The notes under the pieces: model-generated | Databases searched by the model: none | What the model was told of the DNA's origin: nothing | What the model saw: only the letters and a program-made list of their open reading frames with translations | Assembly (NCBI RefSeq): GCF_006345805.1 | Contig: NC_043007.1 | Location: forward strand, 36,456,001 to 36,520,000 | DNA: 64,000 nucleotides | DNA from: Octopus sinensis | Taxonomy: Eukaryota | Direction: 5' to 3' | Program-made: the position numbers and the translations under genes | Shown here: piece by piece, positions 38,930 to 52,693 of the stretch | Layout of the letters: each line of letters begins with the position of its first letter | Position numbering within the stretch: the first letter of the stretch is position 1

Positions 38930-39603
38930 AGGTATGTATGTATGCATGCATGCATGTATGCATGTATGTACGTACGTACGTATGTATGCATGCATGTATG
39001 TGTGCATGTGTATGTGCAGATTTGTATGGTTTGTTTTATGTATGTTTTCTCATGCATATATCTACATATCTAGACATGCTCATGTATGTATGTATGTATG
39101 TATGTATGTATGTATGTATGCATGCATGTATGTATATATGTATATAGGTATATATGTATCTATGTATGTATGTATGTATGCATGCATGCATGTATGTATA
39201 TAGGTATATATGTATCTATGTATGTATGTATGTATGTATGTATGCATGCATGTATGTATCTATGTATATAGGTATATATGTATCTATGTATGTATGTATG
39301 TATGCATGCATGCATGTATGTATATAGGTATATATGTATCTATGTATGTATGTATGTATGTATGTATGCATGCATGTATGTATATATGTATATAGGTATA
39401 TATGTATCTATGTATGTATGTATGTATGTATGCATGCATGTATGTATATAGGTATATATGTATCTATGTATGTATGTATGTATGTATGCATGTGTATGTA
39501 TATGTGCAGATCTGTATGTTTTGTTTTATGTACACCTTTTCATGCATATATCTACATATCTAGACATGCTGATTTATGTATGTATGTATATATGTATGTA
39601 TGT
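38930..39603. repeat. (TATG)n array with higher-order units
   Basis: Recurring tataggtatatatgtatc spacer about every 45-70 bp. Confidence 0.92.
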
Positions 39604-39620
39604 ATTTAAAAGATCCTTAC

Positions 39621-39704
39621 TTCCAGTGTCCATACTTATCATGTCTCCAGAACAGTCATTTGGAACATTATTGGCACATTTCCTGTGGCAATTAAACTTG
39701 CAAT
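39621..39704 (-). CDS. PRKD: PKD exon D (84 nt, phase 1-1): (D)CKFNCHRKCANNVPNDCSGDMISMDTG(S)
   Basis: Acceptor tctctttccag, donor gtaagg; completes C1b. Confidence 0.94.
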
Positions 39705-39939
39705 CTGGAAAGAGAAATAACAGAAATGAAAAAAAAAAATTAAAAATAATAAAGCAGAACAAATGAAATTAAGGCAAAAATGTAAACGTTATCTCACTGA
39801 GGAAGAAAATATTGAATAGGTAGCTGGATGGGATGCGAGGAGCAGTGTGTGTGAGTGTCTGGAGTGAAGACAATGATGGTGGCTCATTCTTAACATACAC
39901 TACCTGTATACCTGAGTGAGAAATGGGTATGATGCACAT

Positions 39940-40033
<94 letters not shown>

Positions 40034-40077
40034 TAAAGTTTCAGCTCAGAGCTGCGGCCATGCTGATGCACTGCCGT

Positions 40078-40141
<64 letters not shown>

Positions 40142-42158
40142 TATGTATGTATATATATATATATATATATAATATATATATATATTATATATATATATAT
40201 ATACATACATATATATATATATGCATACACACACATGTATATATATATTTTACATTATATATAGATGTATGTATTTGTATGTGTAATGTATGTATATATG
40301 TATATATCTGTGTGTGTGTCTATGTATGTATGTATGTATGTATGTATGTATGTATTTATTTCTTCAGTGTTTCACACTTCCATACCCTCATTTCAAACCT
40401 TAAATGGTTGCCATCAGGAATAATAGATGTAATCCCATTATCGAATTTCTTACATAGGATGTTAAAATAAGCAAAAAAAAAAAAGAAAAAAAAACAAGAA
40501 AAAAGAAAATGAATATATAAAAAAAAAGCTATAAAAAATTTATAGAGTTGTAGTTGACTACCAATGAGTTAATCGGAGACCATGCCATTGGAATTGAAGC
40601 AGTTACATCATGGAACAACCTTTCTAGCTATCTAAAAACATACAAAAGCTGTTAAATTCACTTTTAATTTATTTCTTGAGGTGTCGAAATTTTTGTTACA
40701 AAACTGCAACTTGGTCACTGACACAATTCTACTGCAACCATTAGAAATTTAGTTTATGGCCAACAAACCATAAATGTATGAAAGGCAGTACAAGCAGCAT
40801 TAGAATTGATGGAGATGTTACCAACATTTTTTTTAATGGTGAGTGGGATAGGCAATTCAGAAAGAAATTAGCTAAGTATAACATTTATACAAAACTGCAT
40901 CTCTCGACACATTGATGGCATTAACCAAGTCTTAAAAATAATTCCTACCAAGCTGCAGATCAATGTAACACCCACACCACACATACTCAAAGATGAAGGT
41001 TATAGAAATGCTGTTAGAAGATTAAATACCAAGATGAACAAGAAGAAAGATTTTGAATTGCCCCATTAAATTATTTAATAGTTCAGATACTTTGGGTATA
41101 AAAACACTTTTGTGAAGGTTTAAGAGGGAAAATGAAAATTTGATTGGCTTGTTATTCCTTTCTTTTTCATTACATTTATTCTTTGAAGATGATCTTCCTT
41201 ATTCTCACCATGTAAATGCTCTTGATTTACTGTGACTTACTGTGAACTAACGCTTATGTTTACACAAGACTCAAACAAGAGTTCTAATGGCTTGTGAGAA
41301 GAAAGCTTTCACCCGTTTTACTTTGCAACTAGCTAATGAGAGAAAAGCTTTCTTCTACCATTTTGTATCATCATCTGTCTTTTGATATGAACCCTTATTA
41401 TTCATATGCATATTATATATATATATGTATGTATGTATACAGGCCATGTGCTCAAAGCCCAAAGACTGCTTGGAGACACAAGGCATGTTATTAATGCATG
41501 AAACTATTAGTAGCTAGCTCTCTCTCTCTTTCTCTCTCTCTCTGAGTAACTGTCTTTTGGTCTTATTCCTGCCTCTCTATTTCGTTGTCACACTCTAATC
41601 TTCATCTGACACCAGATCACCTCCTCCATTATAGCAAGACATATGTTTCTACCTCTCTGTCTCTCTGTCACATTCTAATCTTTCATCTTTTAACACAAGT
41701 TCCCCTAACCCGTGCTAGCACAGAAAACGGACGTTAAACGATGATGATGATATATGAACAACAATTGATTTAAGAAACCAAAATATCCAACGATTTGTTT
41801 TGACTTATATACATTTTTGATATATAAACAATTCAATTCGCTTATATAAAGTCTCATCAGAGCTAAGGTTTAAAGACAGATGAAATTCTGTGTGTGTGAA
41901 AGGACGGCTGGATTGTAAAACAATTAATTCAAATGATTATGTATTATGAGTGTGAGTATTAACTTTTCAACTACATAGCAATTACAATTAAAAAACAACA
42001 AAATTATAATGGACAAAATAATTAAGTAAGTAGAATTTACAACTATCGAAATATATTTCTATATATCTCAATATTAATCCAAACTCGTTTGGAATACTTA
42101 TATATATACATCTAATATAGGATGAAATTTTTCGAAAAAAATTTTATCAATGGCCAGC

Positions 42159-42200
<42 letters not shown>

Positions 42201-42230
42201 GCTGGCCATTGATAAAATTTTTTTCGAAAA

Positions 42231-42261
<31 letters not shown>

Positions 42262-42639
42262 ACTTATATGTCTTGTTGTCAAACACTAGCCTTTCAACTT
42301 CTGACACAAGTTCCCCTCCCTAAATGCTTTGCCCCTCTCAAAATTCCTTGTCTTGTGAGTTACTTGGTTACCCTGCAAGTGCTGGTGTCATGTCAAAAGC
42401 ATCCAGTCCACTTGGTAACATGGTTGGCATTTGGAGGGGCATCAAGCTGTAAATATCATGCCAAATCTAACCTCACCTGTGCTAGTGCCACATAATAGGC
42501 ACTGAGTCCACTCTGAAGAGTGGTTAGTGTTAGGAAGGGCATCCAGCCATAGACTCCCTGCCAAAACAGACACAGTAACCTACTGCATGGAAGATGGACA
42601 TTCAATGTGATGATAATTTTTATATACATATAGATATAC

Positions 42640-42689
<50 letters not shown>

Positions 42690-42917
42690 TATATATGTGT
42701 GTGTGTGTGTGAGTGTGTGTGTATACATAAATATATAGACACACACAAAAAATATAATCACATATACATAGATATATGTTCATGTATATGGATGTATACA
42801 TATGTGTGTGTACACACATCTGTATGTATGAGTAAGTATCACAAGAAGACGACAATCTGGGTATATAAACTACACAACATTACATTGCATTATACAGACC
42901 TACATATTTATTGTATA

Positions 42918-43313
42918 CTAGCAGTATTGCCCGGCATTGCTCGGGTTTGTTTTCTTTTCAACCCTTTAGAATTGGAATTTTTGAAAAGTAAAAATTTTGC
43001 ATTATGTAGCTTGTTACTCTCTTTAAGTGAACATTTTTCTGGTTGAAATACATCGAAAAATTGCGAAACAGCAGTAAAAAAATCGTAAAAAATAGGGATT
43101 TTCATAGAAAAAAAGCACCTTTTTGATGTAAATAACTTTTGGTCTTAACATGGTCCAATTTGAATTTTTTCTTGTACGGAATGAAGAGCAAGCCTTCTTC
43201 TATCATACTCTCAATTTTGGTCAACTCGCACCGTAGGGTTTCAAAAGAGATAGTATTAGTTAAAAGCTACAAAACCTGCCTCGCACAGCCAGCTTCAGCT
43301 TTATACATATAGA
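42918..43313 (-). mobile_element. Short non-autonomous Helitron
   Basis: A|TC..CTAG|T termini and hairpin cccgagcaatgccggg. Confidence 0.85.
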
Positions 43314-43337
43314 TTACATAGACATATTACTACTGAC

Positions 43338-43563
43338 CTTTGCACTGCATTCCCTGACGGAAGAGTCCCTTCAGCAGTTTCTTGCAGTACTGGCAGACGG
43401 TCGGCTTTGTGTAGTTGTGCACATTGAACGTATGTGGCACCTTTATCCTATCTGCATAATGCTTGTCAATCCATATTGGCCGGCCACTCCACGATTTTGA
43501 CCTGTTGTTACGGCCATCGAAGCTCGGAGACAGAGGTGGACCCAAGGTTGGGACAATTAAAGA
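43338..43563 (-). CDS. PRKD: PKD exon C (226 nt, phase 0-1): [75 protein letters not shown](D)
   Basis: Pyrimidine-rich acceptor ending aaaccag, donor gtcagt; SWSGRP motif and start of C1b. Confidence 0.95.
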
Positions 43564-43984
43564 CTGGTTTTATAAAGAAAAATGAAAAAGAAAAAAAGGA
43601 AGAGAAACATTAAAACAATATTAGAAGTAGAACCATGTAAAATTGTGTATGTGCACATGCATGTGTATGTGTGCATTTATTATATAAATGTAGATATGTG
43701 TGAGTGTAGTTTTATCTTTTATTTTTTACTTGTTTCAGTCATTAGACTGTGGCCATGCTGGGGCACTGCCTTGAATAATTTTAAGTCAAATATATCAACC
43801 CCAGTAATCACTTTTTATAAGCCTGGTACTTATTCTTTCAATTTTTGTCTACCAAATCTACTCACAGGATTCTTTCAGTATATATATATATATATGCATC
43901 GGTAACATTCGTCAATTTCTTGAAAATGGGGTCATAACCCCGAAATACTGAATACAAGGTAAGTTCACTCACAGGCTTCTTTCA

Positions 43985-44054
43985 GTGTGTGTGTATATAT
44001 ATATACACACACATACATATATATATATATACACACACATACATATATATATAT

Positions 44055-44097
<43 letters not shown>

Positions 44098-44420
44098 CAT
44101 ACATTATATTATATATACACATACATACATATATATATATATATATACAACACACATACATATATATATATACACACACATACATATAATATATATACAC
44201 ACACATACATATATATATAATACACACACCACATACATACATATAAATATATACACACACATACATACATATATATATATATAATACACACACTACATAC
44301 ATATATATACACACACATACATACTATATATACACACATACATACATATATATATATACACCACATACATACATATATATATATATACAACACACATACA
44401 TACATATATATATATTATAT

Positions 44421-44457
<37 letters not shown>

Positions 44458-44486
44458 CACAACACATACATACATAATATATATAT

Positions 44487-44531
<45 letters not shown>

Positions 44532-44882
44532 ATACATATATATATATATATATTATATACACACATACATACATATATATATATATATAACACATACATA
44601 CATATATATATACCACACACACATACATATATATATACACACACACATACATACATATATAATACACACACATACATACATACATATATATATACACACA
44701 CATACATACATATATATATACACACACATACATACATATAATATACACACACATACATACATATATATACACACACATACATACAATATATATACACACA
44801 CATACATACATATATATATACACACAATACATACATATATATATACACAACATACATACATATAATATACACACAAACATAC

Positions 44883-44914
<32 letters not shown>

Positions 44915-46045
44915 ATACATATATATATATACACACATACATAATATATATATACACACCACACATACATACATATATATTATATACACACATACATATA
45001 TATATATACACACATACATACATATATATATATATATACACACATACATACATATATATATACACACATACATATATATATAATATATACACACACATAC
45101 ATATATATATACACACATACATATATATATATATATATACACACATACATACATATATATATATACACACATACATACATATATATATATACACACATAC
45201 ATATATATATATATATACACACATACATGCATATATATATATATATACACACATACATGCATATATATATATATCACACACATACATGCATATATATATA
45301 TATATTATACACACACATACATATATATATATATACACACATACATGCATATATATATATATACACACATACATGCATATATATATATATATACACACAT
45401 ACATGCATATATATATATATATACACACATACATGCATATATATATATACACACATACATACATATATATATATACACACATACATACATATATATATAT
45501 ATACACACACATACATATATATATATACACACAATACATATATATACACACATACATACATATATATATATACACACATACATATATATATATATATACA
45601 CATACATACATATATATATATACACACATACATACATATATATATATAACACATACATACATATATATATATATACACACATACATACATATATATATAT
45701 ACACACATACATACATATATATATATAACACATACATACATATATAATATATATATACACACATACATACATATATATATATATACACACATACATACTA
45801 TATATACACACACATACATTACATATATATATACACACACAATACATACATATATATATACACACACTACATACATATATATATAACACACATACATACA
45901 TATATATATCACACACATACATACATATATATATACACACACATACATACACTTATATATACACACACATACATACATATATATATACACACACATACAA
46001 TACATATATATATACACACACATACATACATATATATATACACAC

Positions 46046-46087
<42 letters not shown>

Positions 46088-46237
46088 ATACATATATATA
46101 TATACACACATACATACATATATATATATATACACACACATACATACATATATATATATATACACACATACATATATATATATACACACATACATACATA
46201 TATATATATATATACACACATACATACATATATATAT

Positions 46238-46268
<31 letters not shown>

Positions 46269-47246
46269 CACACACATATATATATATACACACATACATA
46301 TATATATATATATATACACACATACATACATATATATATATAACACACATACATACATATATATATACACACATACATATTATATATATATATACACACA
46401 TACATGCATATATATATATAATATACACACATACATGCATATATATATAATATATACACACACACATACATGCATATATATATATATATATACACATACA
46501 TGCATATATATATATTACACACATACAGCATATATATATATATACACACATACATGCATATATATATATATATACACACATACATGCATATATATATATA
46601 TATACACACATACATGCATATATATATATAACACATACATACATATATATATATACACACATACATACATATATATATATAACACACATACATACATATA
46701 TATATATACACACAACATATATATATACACACATACATACATATTATATATACATACATACATATATATAATATATATACACACATACATACATATATAT
46801 ATATACACACATACATACATATATATATTATACACACATACATACATATATATATATATACACACATACATACATATATATATATACACACATACATACA
46901 TATATATATATACACACATACATACATATATATATATATATATACACACATACATACATATATATATATATATACACACATACATACATATATATATACA
47001 CACATACATACATATATATACACACATACATACATATATATATACACACATACATACATATATATACACACATACATACATATATATATATACACACATA
47101 CATACATATATATATATAACACACATACATACATATATATATACACACATACATACATATATATATACACACATACATACATATATATATACACACATAC
47201 ATACATATATATATACACACATACATACATATATATATACACACAC

Positions 47247-47278
<32 letters not shown>

Positions 47279-47293
47279 ATATATAATATATAT
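43985..47293. repeat. ~3.3-kb compound (TA)n(CA)n(CATA)n micro/minisatellite
   Basis: Recurrent ~24-28-bp unit acacacatacatacatatatatatat; source of the MCVYIY-type ORFs. Confidence 0.97.
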
Positions 47294-47445
47294 GCATCGG
47301 CAACATTCATCAATTTCTTGAAAATGGGGTCAAAACCCCGAAATATTGAATACAAGGTAAGTCTACGTTAATTCACATATTTGTTTTCTTGTGATTTAAC
47401 TTGCATTTACTTCGCATTGTTTTGGCTTTACCCATGATCCTTCAT

Positions 47446-47488
<43 letters not shown>

Positions 47489-47862
47489 ATGTTTATGTAT
47501 GTGTGTGTGTACTCACACACACGCACACACATACTGTCTACCAAATCCACTCACAAGTGCAGAAATTCGAAAACTGGACAATTCTACATTCTTCTTAGAT
47601 TAAAAAAAAAAAGGAAAACAAAAAGGACAGAGGACACTCAGTCACTTGGTCAAAAATGTTTTGTATACATCTGATAGAATTTTCCTGTCATTTTATTCAT
47701 CCCTCAAGAGCCTGGTGCTAGTAACTCACAAATATATTTAGTTCCATGTGGCTTGAGAACTGAAAGTTCAGAAGAGTCAGAATACTTTCTGAGAATGAGT
47801 ACTTTCAAATGTTTGCCAAATTTACAGTTGTTTGATGTAAAATGTTTGAAAGTTCTATCAAA

Positions 47863-47939
47863 GCTTACGGCCATATCACCCTGCGAGCCTAGTCAGTACT
47901 TAGATGGGTGACTGCTTGGGAAACCTAGGTGCAGTAAGC
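47863..47939 (+). pseudogene. 5S rRNA pseudogene with ~42-nt internal deletion
   Basis: gcttacggccatatcaccctg fused to cgagcctagtcagtacttagatggg..gtaagc; complementary helix I ends and box C region retained. Confidence 0.85.
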
Positions 47940-48899
47940 GTAACACATTGTTTTGAATGGCGGTGCCCCAGCATGGCCACAGCTCATGAGCTGAAACTAG
48001 ATGAAATGAAATTGGGCCAGATGTTATACCTATGCGCATTCATTTAAGCTTTCTGTTGTACAACTAACATAAAACAAGTTGTGTTTGATGCATTCTGCTG
48101 TGTACACTAAATGGGAATCATTACAGGCCCAAACTTTCTGTATAGATCATAACATTTCTGTTGTAATTTGTGATGGAATTGACTTATGATATTGCATGAT
48201 GAACAGGGCTTACTTCTCTTGCAACTCCATGGGTTTTTGATCGCAATTAGGGGTATGGTTACTTTTATTTATTGTACCTATATTTTTGTAACACCTAAAG
48301 GCTATGATGGGCAGATGAGGAAATATTTCCAGCCCATATTTTAAAGCCATAAGGTGCAATTTGAGGGAGACTTGGCTGCTATTTCTAGCAGATTGAGTGA
48401 CCATGTAGAACCTCCTTCATTGGCTTTGAGCTATAACAGGAAGTGGTGGTCGTGTTGTATGACCTGACCTAGCAGTTCAATAATCAAAGACATTCCAGAC
48501 ATGACCATCTTGTCTGGTTCTTTTCTGAGACATAATATATCTACAACTATCCTGTGGATTGAGTGAATTTGACTGGTAATTGAGATTGCTCTTACAAGTG
48601 ATGGTCATGGAAGCAAACTCCTAATAAACTCGCCTGGTGATTGTACTGCTTTCACTTTTCATAATCGTATTTTTTCCATATACTAGGTTTCTGCATACTT
48701 GGTTTCAAATTTTTGCACAAGGCCAGTAATTTTGGAGCGGAGGGGCTAAGTTGATTAAATCGACCTTAGTGTTCAACTGGTACTTATTTTACTGACTTTC
48801 AAAAGGATGAAAGGCGAAGTTGAACCCCGTGACATTTGAACCCAGAATGTAAAGATGGGTGAAATATCACTAAGCATATAACCCTGCATGCTAATGATT

Positions 48900-50690
48900 C
48901 TTTTCTACTCTAGGCACAAGGCCCAAAATTTGTGGGGAGGGGGCCAGTCAATTAGATCGACCCCAGTACGCAGCTGATGCTTAATTTATTGACCACCAAA
49001 AGGATGAAAGGCAAAGTCAACCCAGGTGGAATTTGAACTCAGAATAATGTAAAGACAGATGAAATACCTGTTTCTTTATTACCCACAAGGGGCTAAACAC
49101 AGAGAGGACAAACAAGGATGGACAAACAGGTTAAGTCAATTGTATCGACCCCATTGCATAACTGGTACTTATTTAATCGACCCTGAAAGGATGAAAGGCA
49201 AAGTTGATCTTGGTGGAATTTGAACTCAGAACGTAGCGGCAGACGAAATACCGCTAAGCATTTCATCCGGTGTGCTAACGTTTCTGCCAGCTCGCCGCCT
49301 TTTCTATATACTTGTAATTAACACTTCCTACCTACCCATAGTTAACAGTATGGAGACAGGGTGACATAGACAGGGAATACCAGCTTTTGATTTTTCTTTG
49401 AAACAAGAGTTCATCATCGTTTAATGTCCGTTTTCCATGCTAGCATGGGTTGGACGGTTCAGCCAGGGTCTGGGAAGCCAGGAGGCTGCACCAGGCTCCA
49501 GTCGGATCTGGCAGTGTTTCGACAGCTGGATGCTCTTCCTAATGCCAACCACTCCATGAGTGTAGTGGCTGCTTTTTACATGCCAGGATGCTTTTTATTG
49601 TAAGAATAAAAAAAAAGAGGCGGCAGTGGTGACTGTAGTGGTGGTGATAATAACACAACCACAATGATGAACCTGTGTTATTTTGTAGTCATAAAATATG
49701 TATTCTTGTCTGCTCTAGGCACAAGAGCCTGAAATTTTGGGGGAGGAGGCTAGTCAATTAGATCAACCCCAGTATGCAACTGGTATTTAATTTATCGACC
49801 CCCAAAAGGATGAAAGGCAAATTTGACCTCGGCGGAATTTATAATTCAGAATGTAAAGACAGATGAAATACCTATTTCTTTACTACCCACAAGGGGCCAA
49901 ACACAGAAGGGACAAACAAGGACAGACAAACGGATTAAGTCGATTATATCAACCCCAGTACGTAACTGGTACTTATTTAATTGACCCCAAAAGGATAAAA
50001 GGCAAAGTCAACCTCAGCGGAATTTTAACTCAGAATGTAAAGACAGATGAAATACCTATTTCTTTACTACCCACAAGGGACCAAACAAGAACAGACAAAC
50101 GGATTAAGTCAATTATATTGACCCCAGTGGGTAACTGGTACTTATTTAATCGAGCCCAAAAGGATGAAAGGCAAAGTCGACCTCAGCAGAATTTGAACTC
50201 AGAATGTAAAGACAGATGAAATACCTATTTCTTTACTACCCACAAGGGGCCAAACACGGAGAGGACAAACAAGGACAGACAAACGGATTAAGTCGATTAC
50301 ATCGACCCCAGTGCGTAACTGGTACTTATTTAATTGACTCCGAAAGGATGAAAAGCAAAGTCAACCTCGGCGGAATTTGAACTCAGAATGTAAAGACAGA
50401 TGAAATACCGCTAAGCATTTTGCCTGGCATGCTAATATTTCTCCCAATGCGAAGCCTTCCATAAAACATGTATTGTTTTCTGCTGTAAGCACAAGAGCCT
50501 GAAATTTTGGGGGAGGAGGCCAGTCAATTAGATCAACCGCAGTATGCAACTGGTATTTAATTTATCGACCCCCAAAAGGATGAAAGGCAAATTTGACCTC
50601 GGCGGAATTTATAATTCAGAATGTAAAGACAGACAAAATAGCACTTAGCATTTTTGTCTGGCATGCTAACGTTTCTCCAAATGCGACGCC
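48900..50690 (-). repeat. Cluster and tandem array of ~170-180-bp SINE-derived units
   Basis: Three head-to-tail units at ~49867-50400, flanked by a duplicated ~155-bp block (49709-49863 and 50487-50641). Confidence 0.85.
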
Positions 50691-51246
50691 TTCTATAAAA
50701 TATGTATTATAAGAGAAAAGCAATACAAAATAGAAATGCTTGTAGTACATATAAGAATCTTTTGACAACAATTGTGACTATTTTCAGAAAGACTGAGTAA
50801 AAAAAATGGAAGGAGAAAATAGCCAGAGAAGTAGTAGGAGAGAGGGAGGGAGGGGCAAAAAGCAAGAAAGAGAATGAGAGCAAAAGCGAAAGACAAAGAG
50901 TATTAGAGCAAGAGAAAGAGAGGGAGGGGGAGAGAGAGCACTATATATAACAATCCTGAGAATATTTTGTGGTTATCTTCAGAAGGCTTGAGCAAAAAGT
51001 GGTGAGAGAGGGAGAGAGAGAGAGATAGAGAAAGAAAGAAAGAGGGAGAGAAGAAGCGAGAGGGAGCAAGAGAGCAAGGGAGATAGCAAGAGAGTGAAAA
51101 ATAGAAAGACAGAGTACTGTATATAACAATCTTTCGCCAACACTTGTGGTTTTCTGGTTATCATCAGAAAAGCTGAGCGAAAAATAGACATTTAAAAAAA
51201 AAAGAGAAAGAGAGACAGACAAACAAACAGAGAAATAAGTACTTAC

Positions 51247-51365
51247 TTGGGAGTCTGAGGCTACTTCTGATTTAACGCTTCCAGTAGAAGGTCTCCGATG
51301 TTTCTCTAGGCTGCAATTATTGGGGATCTTATAGGCACATCGTTTATGGAAATTCAAGCCACATC
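51247..51365 (-). CDS. PRKD: PKD exon B (119 nt, phase 1-0): (G)[39 protein letters not shown]
   Basis: Acceptor ttttgtttag, donor gtaagt; completes C1a. Confidence 0.95.
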
Positions 51366-51838
51366 CTAAACAAAACAATTAGAACATATAATTAATGTAT
51401 CTCTTTTGGATATTCCAAATTATTAATATGAAACCATGTCTATTATAAAATAGAAATTCTCTACATGGCTATAGTTCTGGTTTAAAACCATCAACCGTTC
51501 TCCACAATCTGAAGATAGAGATTTAACAAGTAGTTTAACCCTTCAGTATTCAGATAACTCAGTCAAATATAAAGCTTGTTTATTCACATTGTTTTGAATT
51601 AATCATGCATTATTTCAACTCAGAGATTTCAATGATGTGATTGTTTATTTTTAGAATGACATTGTAGGGTAGGTGTGTGAGGCTGGATTTAGCTGGTTCG
51701 AATATAAAACAAGATGTTTAGGCCAAATATAATCAGTTTAAATGCTAAAGGGTTAACCCTTTTGATACCAAACTGCCTGAGATCATCCTTGGTTCTATGA
51801 TACAAATCCACTATTTTAACCCTTTAGTGGTCAGATTA

Positions 51839-52222
51839 GGATGCGCAATGGCCCATGGTTAGGGCAGCGGACTCGCGGTCATAGGATTGCGGTTTCGATT
51901 CCCAGACTGGGCATTGTGAGTGTTTATTGAGCGAAAACACCTAAAGCTTCACGAGGCTCCTGCAGGGGGTGGTGGTGAACCCTGCTGTACTCTTTCACCA
52001 CAACTTTCTCTCACTCTTTCTTCCTGTTTCTGTTGTACCTGTATTTCAAAGGGCCAGCCTTGTCACACTCTGTGTCACGCTGAATCTCCTCGAGAACTAC
52101 ATTAAGGGTACACGTGTCTGTGGAGTGCTCAGCCACTTGCACGTTAATTCCACGAGCAAGCTGTTCCGTTGATCGTATCAGCTGGGACCCTCATCGTCGT
52201 AACCAACGGAGTGCTCCTACTA
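51839..52222 (+). mobile_element. tRNA-head SINE with 10-bp TSD ggtcagatta
   Basis: TSD at 51829-51838 and 52223-52232; box B ggtttcgattcc. Confidence 0.8.
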
Positions 52223-52471
52223 GGTCAGATTAACCTGCTGAATGCAATGCTTATGCATTCGGTGTTTTGAATTAACCATTGAATAAACCATTTTGTTACT
52301 CCATTTTTATTGAGATGCTCTGTGTTTCTTTCAACTAATTTTAAATATGACAAAGAAATTAGTAAAATAACTTAGTTATCATTAAGCTAGTGTTAGGAAC
52401 ATAAATTGTGACTATGATTTGGTGGAAGATTTTAAATGAGAACTTTTGAAAACAAGACATTAGTGCTACAG

Positions 52472-52693
52472 TTTGCTGGACATTATTGTAGAGCTGAAAA
52501 CGAGGTAATTTCTACTCTTCTCCTCTGGAAGCCATCTGCTTGCGATACCAGAGGGCGCACACTCTCCTACCCTGATGTAATCTTCAGGGATACAGGCATC
52601 CAGCAACAGGACCTCCGTAATGCTATGATGGACCGTGAAGTCTGGCATAACATAGTAAATTCCATTGTCTTGACCACGGTCGAACAATGATGA
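52472..52693 (+). mobile_element. LINE 3' fragment with 6-bp TSD (ctacag)
   Basis: FAGHYCRAENEVISTLLLW..MMDREVWHNIV then tgatga tail. Confidence 0.75.

Noticed and set aside
43915-43950. Hammerhead in the 69-bp direct repeats
   Set aside because: Stem II + GAAA present, but the core reads CTTGAAAA and stems I/III do not pair convincingly
43982-47286. Many long ORFs (up to 486 aa) rich in M/C/V/Y/I or H/T/Y/I
   Set aside because: Translations of a (TA)/(CA) array, which is poor in stop codons; no domain content
49700-50690. Regularly spaced repeats superficially like a CRISPR array
   Set aside because: Units are whole ~175-bp SINE fragments without unique spacers; eukaryotic intron; no cas genes
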